DNA of 64,000 nt from an uncultured Candidatus Nitrosopumilus sp. (GCA_905612485.1 CAJQSE010000009.1:20193-84192); one strand, 5' to 3'. Positions 34,285-45,170 are shown, counted from the stretch's first letter. The notes: generated by a model not told the origin, from the sequence alone. Numbers and translations are program-made.

Positions 34285-34635
34285 TTATGTTACAGAATTT
34301 CTAAAATCGCTAATTGTAGACATTGTGTTTTTAGTGTGATGACCAATATCATGTAATGTGCTACCATTGTATTTTTTATCTAAATATTTGCCAGCAACAA
34401 TCATAGGGCCTCCTATGGCACACGTTACTCCAGTAGGTTCAGGTATCCACAACATCAGAAATCCAATTTTTTGCAATTTTTTACCTGGGGCAGGTGCCTT
34501 TTGTAGTGCACTCAATGATCTAGCAGTATGAGAATCATCTATTTTTGCTATATCTGAGTACAAATCAGCTCTACGCTTAGCAGAATCAGAAAATTTTTGT
34601 AATTTTGCTAGTCGTGCCTTTAATGGATCATTCAT
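34285..34635 (-). CDS. Hypothetical protein
   Basis: 116-aa ORF with WIPEPTG hairpin-like segment. Confidence 0.7.
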   Translation of the reverse strand: MNDPLKARLAKLQKFSDSAKRRADLYSDIAKIDDSHTARSLSALQKAPAPGKKLQKIGFLMLWIPEPTGVTCAIGGPMIVAGKYLDKKYNGSTLHDIGHHTKNTMSTISDFRNSVT

Positions 34636-34768
34636 TTCAACATAATTCTACAAAAAAATAATTAACATTCAAAGATCAAATAGGATTACACTCAAGTCAA
34701 CAAAGAATAGCTAAGATAGACCAAACAGACACTCAATTATAGTGGATCTCCTTTAATTACAAAGAACA

Positions 34769-35233
34769 ATGAAAGCAAAAAATTCTAAAAGACTAGAATC
34801 AATCAAGGCAGCACATGGATTAGAAAAAACACGATCTAGTTCTAGAATGGAAGATTATTTAGAAATTATATCAGAATTGGTGGAATTAAAAGGATATGCC
34901 ACAACCCTAGATATTTCAAGATACATGAACGTTAGTGCACCAAGTGTAACTAAAATGCTTCAAAGATTAGATGAAGGAGGATTTTTGGAATATGAAAAAT
35001 ATCATGGAATTAATTTAACAAAGAATGGAATACAAATTGCAGAGGAGATTCGTCAAAATCATAGAATTTTATTAGAATTTTTTGAAATTTTAGGGGTAGA
35101 GTACGATACTGCCAATCAAGATACAGAAGGAATAGAGCACCATCTTAATCCTAAAACAATCAAACAATTAAGAAAATTCATAACTTTCCTAAAAGCAAAT
35201 CCAAAAATCATTGATAATTTTAAAAATATCTAA
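34769..35233 (+). CDS. DtxR/MntR family metal-dependent regulator
   Basis: MEDYLE, SVTKML, HRILLEFF, EGIEHH. Confidence 0.93.
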   Translation: MKAKNSKRLESIKAAHGLEKTRSSSRMEDYLEIISELVELKGYATTLDISRYMNVSAPSVTKMLQRLDEGGFLEYEKYHGINLTKNGIQIAEEIRQNHRILLEFFEILGVEYDTANQDTEGIEHHLNPKTIKQLRKFITFLKANPKIIDNFKNI

Positions 35234-35293
35234 TGTAAGTAAAACTAGATAAAAAATTTAGTGCTTAATATCAATTAAAAAGAAAATATAATT

Positions 35294-37114
35294 TTAATCT
35301 TTAAGAAATAATTGAATATCATTTTGTGAACTAGTAGAATGTAACAAATTTCTTCCAATGTCAGAACGTTTTGGAATTTTTATTTGTCCTTTTTTCCCAA
35401 TTTTAACAGATGCAAAAAATTTATCATTTGCATAAATATCAGCATGCATAGAAGTGTATTCTCTATTTACAGTTAATAGTAATGCAGTTTTAGATTCAGA
35501 GAAACTAAAAGCAAGATCATTATCAGTTAACGATAGTAATTCAGAATCTTTAGCAACTATATCAATGTGAACATTAAGGAATTTTTCAATTTCATTAATG
35601 TTAGTTCCACCTCTACCAATAATTGATGCAATACAATCTTCATGAACGCTTACTTTAACACGGTTTTCAGATAAAATTTCAACTTGGGCATTTGAATCAT
35701 ATTTTGCAAAATAATCTTTAATTTTATCCTCAGCCAATTTCTCAATACCAACTTTTTCGCCACGTTTTGCTACTGGAACAATAACATTTTCTTCTCCAAA
35801 TGTATAGATTTCATGCTCTAAAGCATTATCCTCAAAATTTCTTATTTCAATTACAGGTCTAGCTAAATCAGATTCAGTCATTCCAGTAGGAACTTTTACT
35901 TTTAATTCTAAATCATAAACTTTCTCAATATCACCATTATTTACAAAGACAACAGTGTCCAAAACATTTGGAATAATACCAAGTTCAATTTTACCAATAA
36001 AACGCTGAATTGCATCTAGAGGGGAATTAGCATGAATTACTCCAACCATCCCAACTCCAGTTAATCGTAAATCAGAGAATGTTGTAAAATCTTCTCTTCG
36101 TCGCACTTCATCAAAAATTGTATAATCAGGTCTAACTAGTAATAAGATGTCAGCAGTATTGTCAAAACTTCCATCTAGTTTACCATATTGTGTAATACCG
36201 GCATCAACTTGTAAATCACGAGGAGATTCAAATGTTTTAACAATTTTTCCTTGATCATGATAGAAATTTGCCAAACCAGAAGCCAAAGTACTTTTTCCAG
36301 AACCAGGTGCACCAGAAATAACAATTCCTTCAGCTCTATCAGTAAGACGCGCCATCAATGATTCAGAAATAGTATAATCCTCAAGAGATAATTTTACAGT
36401 AGGATGAACAATAGTTATTTCATAAGATTCTGAAAAAGGAGGATAAGTAATTACAATACGAAAATCATCATGTTGGATAACATATGCACCAGTTTTAGAA
36501 ATTTCAATGGTGCTAGAATCAAAAATATTTGTAGCAGATAATATTTGTGAAGAAATTATTTTTAAAGAATCTTTAGTGAGAATATCTTCACCAATTTTTG
36601 TAAGCAAGAATTCTCCAGGTTTTCCTCTTTTTGCAAGAGGGTATTGGTTTTCTTTAAGATGAATACTCATTGTAGTGCTATCAAAAAATTTTAAAAATTC
36701 AAGGTCTTCATGAATTATTTTAGGTTTTAAAAATATAGTTTCTACATCTTCAGCTTGTGCAACTAAACGCTGTACATTATCAGAAGTATAGAGTATAGCT
36801 TCATTTTGTTTTGCAATATCAATAATTAACGCATCAATTCTTCCACTAGAAGCAAATTTAATATCATCAATAGTAGGATGAGAGCCTTTTAAAATAATTT
36901 TTATTTCATAATTTTCAGATAACTGATTAAGTTTTTGAATCTGTTCTAATCCAACAAATCCCTGTTCTTTATGATTAGAAGCTTGAGATTGAAGTTCATC
37001 AAATACAGCTTGAGGAATGATAATTTCAGAATTCCTAATAGAACCAGATTCAATTTGTTCAGCAAGATTTCCATTAATTATTACACTGGTATCAGCAACA
37101 AGTATGTTAGTCAT
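35294..37114 (-). CDS. PIN-domain ATPase with KH domain (PINA-like)
   Basis: DTSVII PIN domain, GAPGSGKST, ESPRDL, FDEVR, IIGRGG KH. Confidence 0.92.
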   Translation of the reverse strand: MTNILVADTSVIINGNLAEQIESGSIRNSEIIIPQAVFDELQSQASNHKEQGFVGLEQIQKLNQLSENYEIKIILKGSHPTIDDIKFASSGRIDALIIDIAKQNEAILYTSDNVQRLVAQAEDVETIFLKPKIIHEDLEFLKFFDSTTMSIHLKENQYPLAKRGKPGEFLLTKIGEDILTKDSLKIISSQILSATNIFDSSTIEISKTGAYVIQHDDFRIVITYPPFSESYEITIVHPTVKLSLEDYTISESLMARLTDRAEGIVISGAPGSGKSTLASGLANFYHDQGKIVKTFESPRDLQVDAGITQYGKLDGSFDNTADILLLVRPDYTIFDEVRRREDFTTFSDLRLTGVGMVGVIHANSPLDAIQRFIGKIELGIIPNVLDTVVFVNNGDIEKVYDLELKVKVPTGMTESDLARPVIEIRNFEDNALEHEIYTFGEENVIVPVAKRGEKVGIEKLAEDKIKDYFAKYDSNAQVEILSENRVKVSVHEDCIASIIGRGGTNINEIEKFLNVHIDIVAKDSELLSLTDNDLAFSFSESKTALLLTVNREYTSMHADIYANDKFFASVKIGKKGQIKIPKRSDIGRNLLHSTSSQNDIQLFLKD

Positions 37115-37233
37115 AAAATGTAATTAATGTTTGAATATAAAAAATATCCAATAATATCTAGTTAAAGAAAACAAACATCATGGATCAAAATGACTCACTC
37201 TCATTGAAAAATTGATAAATTGGCAGACATATC

Positions 37234-37377
37234 ATGCATGAAGGAACAACAAAAAATAAGGAATTTTACGAAAATTGTACACAATATTTTGAATTTTTAA
37301 GAAAAAAGAGCACGTCAGATTATGATTTTGAAGATGAGTATTACTTTACCATGCCTGCAATATCTAGTCATCAATAG
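37234..37377 (+). CDS. 47-aa aromatic/acidic small protein
   Basis: MHEGTTKNKEFYENCTQYFEFLRKKSTSDYDFEDEYYFTMPAISSHQ*. Confidence 0.55.
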   Translation: MHEGTTKNKEFYENCTQYFEFLRKKSTSDYDFEDEYYFTMPAISSHQ

Positions 37378-37411
37378 TACAAGATTTAGGATTCAATAGA
37401 ATTTGTAAAAT

Positions 37412-38827
37412 ATGGAACAAGAATTACAGGATCTTACAGATAAAATAATAAAATATGTAGATAAGTCAGGAGTTCAATATTGTGATGCAAGAGCAGAACA
37501 ACAAGTAAAAAAATCAATAATGATAGAAAATGGGGAAATTGAACACATTAGGAATAATGAAGATAAAGGAATAGGAGTCAGATTAATTAAAAATGGATCA
37601 TGGGGTTTTTGCTCAATAACTAATCCAAATTCATTTGAGGAAATAAAAGAAATTTTAGATAATACAATAAAAAATTCAGATTATACATTTTCAAATAAAA
37701 AAAATAGAATTAATTTACACAATAATCCAATAAATAAAAAACAAATTAATTTTCCAGTTTTAAAAAAACCAGGAATTGATGAATTAACAACAATAGGTTT
37801 AGAATGCAATAAAATAATCAAAGATGAATCAAAAATAATTAAAGCAATTACAAATCCATATTATACAATTAATTCAAAATATTTCACAAATACTGAAGGT
37901 TCAGAAATTTTACAAAATTTTACAGATGTAGTTATAGAAATGGTTGCTACAGCACATGAATCAGGTCTAACACAATCAGTAAATATTACAGAAGGTGGTA
38001 GAGGGGGATTAGAATTAATTACAAATAAAGCTCAACAAAGCGCAAAAGATATTGCAAAAAAAGCATCTGAATTAATTTATGCAAAACCAGTAAAAGAAGA
38101 AACAACGACAGTAGTAATGAATCCAGATTTTGTTTCATTACTTACACATGAGATACTAGGACATCCATCAGAAGCAGATAGAGTATTAGGAAAAGAGATG
38201 GCATGGGCAGGAGGGGCATGGTGGAAAGGAAAAATAGGTGAAAAAATAGGATCAGAAAATCTTAATGTTTTTGATGATCCAACAATCAAAGAAAGTTTAG
38301 GTTGGTATTACTTTGATGATGAAGGAGTTAAAACTAAAAAAACAAATCTAATAGAAAAAGGAGTTTTAAAAAACCACATGCAAAATAGAGAAACATCAAA
38401 AGTATTCAACACATTCCCTACAGGAAATATGAGAGCAACAAATTATCGATACATGCCTCTAATTCGTATGGCATGCACGTGTATTGGAAATGGAGATCAA
38501 AACGTAGATGAAATGATTAAAAATGTAAAAAATGGCCATTATATTTCAAATATGAAAATTCCATCAATTGACATGAAGCGATATAATTGGAGCATATCCT
38601 GTCAATATGCACAAAAAATTGAAAATGGAGAAATTACAGATTTACAAAGGGACGTAATTGTTATGGGAACAGCTCCAGAATTTTTTAATTCAATTGATGC
38701 ATGTGGAAATGATTTTACAGTAAGACCAATAACTAATTGTGGTAAAGGAGATCCAATGCAATCAATGATTATGGGTAATGGAGGACCAACAATCAGAGGA
38801 ACTGCAACAGTAAAAAGTGTAAATTAG
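37412..38827 (+). CDS. tldD: TldD/PmbA family metalloprotease (TldD type)
   Basis: HEILGHPSEAD, FDDEG, C-terminal CGKG. Confidence 0.92.
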   Translation: MEQELQDLTDKIIKYVDKSGVQYCDARAEQQVKKSIMIENGEIEHIRNNEDKGIGVRLIKNGSWGFCSITNPNSFEEIKEILDNTIKNSDYTFSNKKNRINLHNNPINKKQINFPVLKKPGIDELTTIGLECNKIIKDESKIIKAITNPYYTINSKYFTNTEGSEILQNFTDVVIEMVATAHESGLTQSVNITEGGRGGLELITNKAQQSAKDIAKKASELIYAKPVKEETTTVVMNPDFVSLLTHEILGHPSEADRVLGKEMAWAGGAWWKGKIGEKIGSENLNVFDDPTIKESLGWYYFDDEGVKTKKTNLIEKGVLKNHMQNRETSKVFNTFPTGNMRATNYRYMPLIRMACTCIGNGDQNVDEMIKNVKNGHYISNMKIPSIDMKRYNWSISCQYAQKIENGEITDLQRDVIVMGTAPEFFNSIDACGNDFTVRPITNCGKGDPMQSMIMGNGGPTIRGTATVKSVN

Positions 38828-38828
38828 C

Positions 38829-39422
38829 ATGGAACAAGAATTAAAAAAAATTAAGAAACAAGTAACACAATGTACAAAATGTGAACTTAGTAAAACAAGA
38901 AATAATTCAGTTCCAGGTAAAGGAAATTTCAAATCAGATGTAATTTTTGTAGGAGAAGCACCTGGAAAAAATGAAGATATGAAGGGAGAGCCATTCATAG
39001 GAATTGCAGGGAAAAAATTATCAATTGCACTTGAGAATGCAGGAATTACTCGAGATGATGTATACATAACAAATATTGTCAAATGTAGACCTCCAAAAAA
39101 TAGAGTTCCAACAACAAATGAAAGAGACACCTGTCAAAATTATCTTAAAAAAGAAATAGAAATAATTAAACCAAAAATAATTTGTATTTTGGGCAATACA
39201 GCATTTAATTCATTATTAGATGGAAAAGAAATTATAAAATTTAGAGGAAAAATAGTTAGAAAAAATAATCAGTTATATTTTTTAACCATTCATCCAGCTG
39301 CAACAATTTACAATCAAAAATTAATTAGTGTATTAAAAAAAGATATGAAAAAATTATTGAAAGTAATAAAAGAATTAAAAAACAACAAGAAAGTTAAGAT
39401 AGACATTGAGTATACTTCCTAA
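38829..39422 (+). CDS. udg: Family 4 uracil-DNA glycosylase (Fe-S)
   Basis: CTKC, GEAPG, KCRPP, HPAA. Confidence 0.95.
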   Translation: MEQELKKIKKQVTQCTKCELSKTRNNSVPGKGNFKSDVIFVGEAPGKNEDMKGEPFIGIAGKKLSIALENAGITRDDVYITNIVKCRPPKNRVPTTNERDTCQNYLKKEIEIIKPKIICILGNTAFNSLLDGKEIIKFRGKIVRKNNQLYFLTIHPAATIYNQKLISVLKKDMKKLLKVIKELKNNKKVKIDIEYTS

Positions 39423-39957
39423 AGAATTCTATCAAAGAGATACAGTAATTGTTGCAAAGGATCTCTTAGGGAAAAAATTAGTTAGAAAAATAGGCAACTA
39501 TGAAATGTCAGGAATAATCATTGAAACAGAGGCATATAGGCACAAAGATGATCCAGCAAGTCATGCATTTCGAAAAATTACAGATAGAAACAAGGTAATG
39601 TTTGGAGAAGTAGGAATAGCATATGTGTATTTTACATATGGTATGCATTATTGTTTCAATGTAGTAGCAAAAAAATCCAAAATATCTGCAGGGGCAGTAC
39701 TGATTCGTGGAATTAATCCAGAGAAAGGAATTAAAAAAATGGAAAAAAATAGAAATGTTAAAAATTTTAAAAATTTAACAAACGGTCCTGCAAAACTAAC
39801 ACAAGCTTTAGAAATTACAAAAGAACACCTCGGGATAGATTTAACAAAAAAATCAAAAATATACATTGAGGATGGATTGTATATTAAAAAAATTAAAAAA
39901 TCAACTAGAGTAGGAATAAAAAATGGAAAAGAAATGTTGTGGAATTTTAAATTATAA
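39406..39957 (+). CDS. DNA-3-methyladenine glycosylase (MPG/AAG type)
   Basis: IETEAY, YVYFTYGMHYCFN, AVLIR, NGPAKL. Confidence 0.93.
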   Translation: MSILPKEFYQRDTVIVAKDLLGKKLVRKIGNYEMSGIIIETEAYRHKDDPASHAFRKITDRNKVMFGEVGIAYVYFTYGMHYCFNVVAKKSKISAGAVLIRGINPEKGIKKMEKNRNVKNFKNLTNGPAKLTQALEITKEHLGIDLTKKSKIYIEDGLYIKKIKKSTRVGIKNGKEMLWNFKL

Positions 39958-39967
39958 AATATTAAAA

Positions 39968-40636
39968 TTATTTTTTAATATTTTTATCAACATCATCATC
40001 AGTATTGTCATCAGAATTTTCATCTAATGTCCAAGGTGCAAATTTAACCATAATTCTTTGCCAATCTAATTTTAAAACTAAAATAATTACACCAGTCATG
40101 GCTGCAGCAAAAATTAGAATTCCAATATAAACAGGAGTAGCATCATCAATATTTTCTAAAAATGGTTCAATGAATGATAATCCAACGTAATGAGAAATAA
40201 AGACAATGATATAACTAAGAACAAGTTTTCCAGCAAGGGTTGCAGCAAAAAATCGTTTTGGATTATATTTTGCAAGTCCTAAAGGTATGAAAATTATATC
40301 ATCAGGCATTGGTGTGGCAGCAGCAAAAAATGCAGCAGCAGCACCATATTTTTTAACTAATCTCTCAAAAGGTCGCATTCTTTTTCTAGTTTTACTACTC
40401 ATAATTTTACGACCACTAAAACTTACAAAAAATATAATTTGTTTTGCAACTGTAGCACTAACAGCTGATAGAATTGCTAGTAAATGTAAATCATATTCAG
40501 AACCAACGGACATCGTGGCAAGTAACAAAAATCCAGGCAGAGGTACAAAAGGGATTAGAGAGCCAATGAAATTAACTAAAATCAGAATAAGATAACCATC
40601 ATCTGGAGCAAATGGAAAAATATCAGTTAACTCCAT
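39968..40636 (-). CDS. DedA/VTT domain membrane protein
   Basis: PFVPLP, ATPMPDD, GKLV. Confidence 0.85.
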   Translation of the reverse strand: MELTDIFPFAPDDGYLILILVNFIGSLIPFVPLPGFLLLATMSVGSEYDLHLLAILSAVSATVAKQIIFFVSFSGRKIMSSKTRKRMRPFERLVKKYGAAAAFFAAATPMPDDIIFIPLGLAKYNPKRFFAATLAGKLVLSYIIVFISHYVGLSFIEPFLENIDDATPVYIGILIFAAAMTGVIILVLKLDWQRIMVKFAPWTLDENSDDNTDDDVDKNIKK

Positions 40637-40722
40637 TAATCAAATGAATTTTATGTAATATTTAATCAAAACGAGCAATTTTGAATCAAAGTGAATAATA
40701 AACATAGTAAAAATGGGTATTC

Positions 40723-41223
40723 ATGAGTTATGAATTATTTATGGAATATTATCAGCAGATACAAGAAATTCTAGCTAATAATATATTTCAAGAGTATGGA
40801 ATAATTGGTCTATTTTTAAATTCATTATTAGCAGCTACAGCAATACCATTACCAACAGAAATTTTAACGTCAGCGTTATTGATAGGAGGTGAAAATATTT
40901 TTCTTGTGGCAATTGTATTAATTATAGGATCTGTAATAGGTGGAATTTTAAATTACTTCATAGGATTAGGGGGAAATAAATTATTTAAAAAAATGAAGAA
41001 AAAATCAAACATAGTGAAACATGAAAAAAAACACAATAGATTATTAGATAAATTTGGATGGAGTGCAATATTTTTTGCAGCATGGATTCCAATAATTGGA
41101 GATCTAATTTTAATTTCAGCAGGAGTTAAAAAAATGGAATTTAGAAAATTTTTAATTTTTATGGTGTCAGGTAAAATAATTAAAACAATTATTGTGGTAA
41201 TAGGATTAGGAACAATATTTTAA
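40723..41223 (+). CDS. DedA/VTT (YqaA-like) membrane protein
   Basis: PLPTE, WIPIIGDLILISAG. Confidence 0.88.
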   Translation: MSYELFMEYYQQIQEILANNIFQEYGIIGLFLNSLLAATAIPLPTEILTSALLIGGENIFLVAIVLIIGSVIGGILNYFIGLGGNKLFKKMKKKSNIVKHEKKHNRLLDKFGWSAIFFAAWIPIIGDLILISAGVKKMEFRKFLIFMVSGKIIKTIIVVIGLGTIF

Positions 41224-41299
41224 AAAAAAATCAGTAAATAAAATTAAAAATAGATAGTTAACGACAGGATTAAAATACAATCAAAATTAAATAAAATGT

Positions 41300-41680
41300 A
41301 TGGCAGGAAAAAATTTTAAATTAATTTGTAAAGAATTAGGTGGCATCAGTCCATTTATCAGATTTGTAGGAGTAATAGGTGAAAGGGGAGAGTTATTAGC
41401 ATACATACGAAGACCAGATTTAACACCACTATTAGATGAAAAAAACACACAGTATCAATTTTCACATATTGCTATGAATTCAGATCTAGAAGCATTTTTT
41501 GATAAAAATTTGGGTGAAGTAGAATTTGTCTGGGAAGAACGAAAGAAAGTACAAACAATATCATTTGCAATAAAGAAAGCAAGAGTTTGGGTATCAATAG
41601 ATAAAAAAGCCATTAGATCTGAAATGCTAAGAATCATAGATTCATGCTTACCAGTTGTCAAAAAGTATTCAGAAAATTAG
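41300..41680 (+). CDS. Roadblock/DUF6659-like protein
   Basis: IRFVGVIGERGELLA...FDKNLGEVEF. Confidence 0.7.
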   Translation: MAGKNFKLICKELGGISPFIRFVGVIGERGELLAYIRRPDLTPLLDEKNTQYQFSHIAMNSDLEAFFDKNLGEVEFVWEERKKVQTISFAIKKARVWVSIDKKAIRSEMLRIIDSCLPVVKKYSEN

Positions 41681-41687
41681 AAATATC

Positions 41688-41783
41688 TTGAAATGTCCTT
41701 ATTGTGAAATAAATTTAGATTCACTTAGCATGGCAGATGGATTAAAACATATTTTAGAACATAAAAAAGAAAATCAAAATTAA
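41688..41783 (+). CDS. 31-aa C2H2-type zinc-finger microprotein
   Basis: TTG start, MKCPYCEINLDSLSMADGLKHILEHKKENQN*. Confidence 0.65.
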   Translation: MKCPYCEINLDSLSMADGLKHILEHKKENQN

Positions 41784-41809
41784 AGTATTGAAAGAAAAAA
41801 TTGTAAAAT

Positions 41810-42088
41810 ATGGAAAATATTAAAAAATTAATTGATGAAATCAATTCAAGAAAACCTAAAAATTATGAACAAATGAAAATAGACAATGTAAGTAAAGAAC
41901 TTCATAGTGTGATGGAATTTGAACAAAACATATTAGAAAAAATAAATACATTTGAAAATGATCATCAAGATTTAGATTTAATAAAATATGCAAAAATGAT
42001 TTGTAGAAATATAATAGAAAGAGAAACTATCTTAATTCAAGATGCATATCTAAAAAAAATTGATTCAGAATATCTAAATTCAAAATAA
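41810..42088 (+). CDS. Hypothetical helical protein
   Basis: 92-aa ORF. Confidence 0.7.
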   Translation: MENIKKLIDEINSRKPKNYEQMKIDNVSKELHSVMEFEQNILEKINTFENDHQDLDLIKYAKMICRNIIERETILIQDAYLKKIDSEYLNSK

Positions 42089-43027
42089 TTATTTCTCGTC
42101 ATCATAAAGCCAACATCTAACATAACCAGTATCGGTTTTAAATTTTGGTGGAAGTTTTTTACATTTCTCAATAGCTAACGGGCATCTATCAATAAATCTA
42201 CATTCAGAGGGAGCATTAAGTAAACTTGGAGGAGTTCCAGGAATATATTTAGGAGTGCCACCTTTTAGAGTTGGGATAGATTCCAAAAGTCCTTGAGTGT
42301 AAGGATGTTTTGGATTTTTATAAATTTCTTGAGAAGAACCAAATTCAACCATTTGTCCACCATACATAATTCCAATTTTATCTGCTATTTCAGATAAAAC
42401 TGCTAAATCATGAGTGATTAGCATAAAAGACATACCATCTTTTTTTAATTTTTTTAATAAATTGATAATTTGTGCTTGAATTAAAACATCCAATGCGGTG
42501 GTGGGTTCATCTGCAATCACAAATTTAGGTTTTAAAATTAAAGCCATTGCAATAATTACTCTTTGCTTCATTCCACCACTTAATTCATGAGGATATTTTT
42601 TTAAAATATCTTCATCTAAATTAACTGAATTAATTGAATCTAAGATTAATTTATTAGAATTTCCATCAAAACTATGTTGTTTTAAAATTTCAATAAATTG
42701 TTGTTGAATTGTAAATACAGGATCTAATGAATTCATTGCACCTTGAAAAATCATAGAAATTTTTTTCCATCGAAGTTTATCATCAAATTCAGATTCAGAT
42801 AAATCTAAAATAGAATCACCATCAAAGATAATTTTTCCAGAACTACTACCACCAGACAACATTCTAATCAATGATAATCCCAATGTACTTTTACCACATG
42901 CACTTTCACCTGCAATTCCAATAGATTCTCCAGAATCTAATTCAAAATCGACATCATCAACGGCATATACTGGACCGTTGGAAGAAGAATATCTAGAAAA
43001 TAGTCCATTTATTGACAACAAAGTCAT
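42089..43027 (-). CDS. Oligopeptide/dipeptide ABC transporter ATPase (OppD/DppD-like)
   Basis: GESACGKST, LSGGMKQR, DEPTTALD, HPYT, C-terminal Cys cluster. Confidence 0.95.
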   Translation of the reverse strand: MTLLSINGLFSRYSSSNGPVYAVDDVDFELDSGESIGIAGESACGKSTLGLSLIRMLSGGSSSGKIIFDGDSILDLSESEFDDKLRWKKISMIFQGAMNSLDPVFTIQQQFIEILKQHSFDGNSNKLILDSINSVNLDEDILKKYPHELSGGMKQRVIIAMALILKPKFVIADEPTTALDVLIQAQIINLLKKLKKDGMSFMLITHDLAVLSEIADKIGIMYGGQMVEFGSSQEIYKNPKHPYTQGLLESIPTLKGGTPKYIPGTPPSLLNAPSECRFIDRCPLAIEKCKKLPPKFKTDTGYVRCWLYDDEK

Positions 43028-43109
43028 ATCATTTGTAGATCCAATCTAGAATTTTTATTTTACACTAAAGGATATAAACAACATTATTAGAAATAAAAAA
43101 TTGATTTAA

Positions 43110-43616
43110 ATGATATTTCCAATATGTGGCTTTGATGCAAAAAATGCGGTACTTTGTCCTCAATGTGAGGGAAAAGTGGAAACAGGAGAATTAACAAAAG
43201 CAGATGTAGATGCATCAATATTATTAGCAAAAATTGCTAAATCAAACAAGGAAATAGAGACTTTTTCACTGTATTCGTGTAAAGAGTTTCAAGGAAATTT
43301 TATTTTGGCATTAGCAAAAAATGACATAATGAAGATTAGACAAAGCAGGACATTGTACAGATTACTTCAAGATCAATTTAAGGAGAAAATTTGGCTAGTA
43401 GAAGCAGATGAAACAGACAAAAAATTCATAGAGGATTTATTTTTTCCAACAAAGATTTTAGCAATTAATGCAGTTTGGGCAGAAGGTATTAAAAAAACTA
43501 AAGCAGTAGTTTCAGGAAAATGGACATCAAAATTCCCTATTGATACTAAAAAAGTCATAGAAATTGTCAAAAATACCCGAAACCTTGACATTGAGATAGA
43601 GTTTGAGGATAAATGA
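43110..43616 (+). CDS. NusA-like/KH zinc-ribbon protein
   Basis: PIC..D....LCPQC N-terminus typical of archaeal NusA-like family. Confidence 0.7.
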   Translation: MIFPICGFDAKNAVLCPQCEGKVETGELTKADVDASILLAKIAKSNKEIETFSLYSCKEFQGNFILALAKNDIMKIRQSRTLYRLLQDQFKEKIWLVEADETDKKFIEDLFFPTKILAINAVWAEGIKKTKAVVSGKWTSKFPIDTKKVIEIVKNTRNLDIEIEFEDK

Positions 43617-43620
43617 AAAG

Positions 43621-44907
43621 ATGGTTTTTGTAAAAACGCATGATATTGCAGAATTAAGTGAAGAATTAATTGGAAAACAAGTAGTACTAGGAGGATGGAT
43701 CGAAGATCTTAGAAAATTAGGAAAAATGTCATTTATTACACTTAGAGATGTTTCAGGAATTTCTCAAGTAATTGTAAAAGGAGAATTAAATGATAATCTA
43801 GGAGAGATAAATCGTCAAAGCGTAGTTATCATCAAAGGAATAGTTCAAGAAACTAAAGCTAGAGATTTTGCATTTGAGGTAAAGGCTGAAGAAATTGAAG
43901 TTTTAGCAAAAGCAATTCATCCATTACCAGTAGATCCAATTGGAAGATTGGAAAGTAATATTGATACAAGATTAAATCATCGAGCATTAGATATGAGAAA
44001 CCAAAAGACATCTTCAATTTTTAAATTAAGACATTATGTATTGCAAGCATTACGTAAAACATTAGTAGAAAAAAAATTCATTGAAATAACAACACCAAAA
44101 ATTATTGGAAGTGCAAGTGAAGGAGGGGCGGATTTATTTTCATTAGATTATTTTGGAAAGACAGCATATCTTGCACAAAGTCCTCAACTATACAAAGAAC
44201 AAATGACAATTGGATTAGAAAGAGTATTTGAAATTTCAAACTTTTACAGAGCAGAAAACTCACATACAGGAAGACATCTAACAGAATTTACCAGTATAGA
44301 TATCGAAGCAGCATTCATGGATTATAATGATGTCATGGATATATTAGAGGCATTAGTAATTTCAGTTTACAAATTTACAGCAGAAAATTGTAAAAAAGAA
44401 CAAGAAGCAATTGAACATACAATAGAAATTCCAACAGCACCATTTGAAAGAATCACTTACAGTCAATGTGTAGAGGAACTCAAACAAGCAGGTGAAAAAA
44501 TTGAATTTGGAGATGATTTGTTAGATTCGCATCTAAGAATAATTGGAAATAACCACCCAGGATTTTACTTTTTAACAGATTGGCCAATGAAATTAAAACC
44601 ATTTTACATTAGAGAAAAAGATGAGGATGCCACACTTTCACGTTCTTTTGATTTGCAGTATGGGTATTTAGAATTATCATCAGGAGGAACTAGACTTCAT
44701 GATTCAGAATTACTAAAAGCAAGATTATCAGAACAAGGTTTAGATCCTGCACAATTTGAGGATCATCTTAAAACATTTGATTGGGGAATGCCGCCACATT
44801 CAGGTTGGGGAATGGGATTAGATAGACTCATGACAACATTAATTGGAATTGATAATGTTCGTGAAGTAGTATTATACCCAAGAGACCCAGATAGATTATC
44901 GCCATAA
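43621..44907 (+). CDS. aspS: Aspartyl-tRNA synthetase (archaeal, probably non-discriminating)
   Basis: OB-fold, LAQSPQLYK, RAENS, GMPPHSGWGMGLDR. Confidence 0.96.
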   Translation: MVFVKTHDIAELSEELIGKQVVLGGWIEDLRKLGKMSFITLRDVSGISQVIVKGELNDNLGEINRQSVVIIKGIVQETKARDFAFEVKAEEIEVLAKAIHPLPVDPIGRLESNIDTRLNHRALDMRNQKTSSIFKLRHYVLQALRKTLVEKKFIEITTPKIIGSASEGGADLFSLDYFGKTAYLAQSPQLYKEQMTIGLERVFEISNFYRAENSHTGRHLTEFTSIDIEAAFMDYNDVMDILEALVISVYKFTAENCKKEQEAIEHTIEIPTAPFERITYSQCVEELKQAGEKIEFGDDLLDSHLRIIGNNHPGFYFLTDWPMKLKPFYIREKDEDATLSRSFDLQYGYLELSSGGTRLHDSELLKARLSEQGLDPAQFEDHLKTFDWGMPPHSGWGMGLDRLMTTLIGIDNVREVVLYPRDPDRLSP

Positions 44908-44957
44908 ACGAGTCCATACGTGATAGATTACACAAAAAATTAGAGATTAAACAGCTC

Positions 44958-45012
44958 AAAAAACAAGTAGGACTTTATTTTCTTTATGAATAAGAGTTGA
45001 AAATTGGCCTAA
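44958..45012. repeat. Imperfect ~50-bp direct repeat, copy A
   Basis: aaaaaacaag-N11-tttctttatga.taa..gttgaaaattg-gcctaa; copy B is 1050 bp downstream. Confidence 0.75.
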
Positions 45013-45170
45013 TTTGAGGGTGAATTCGAGTATTCAAAGTATTCCTGAATTTCTTCAGATAATTGTTTAATCAAATTTTCATTACTGAAATCTGTTTTTT
45101 TTAATTCTTCCCATATTTCTTCAATTCCTTGTTTTAGTACAAACAATGTTCTCTTGTCATTACAATGCAT
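45009..45170 (-). CDS. 53-aa small protein
   Basis: MHCNDKRTLFVLKQGIEEIWEELKKTDFSNENLIKQLSEEIQEYFEYSNSPSN*. Confidence 0.65.
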   Translation of the reverse strand: MHCNDKRTLFVLKQGIEEIWEELKKTDFSNENLIKQLSEEIQEYFEYSNSPSN

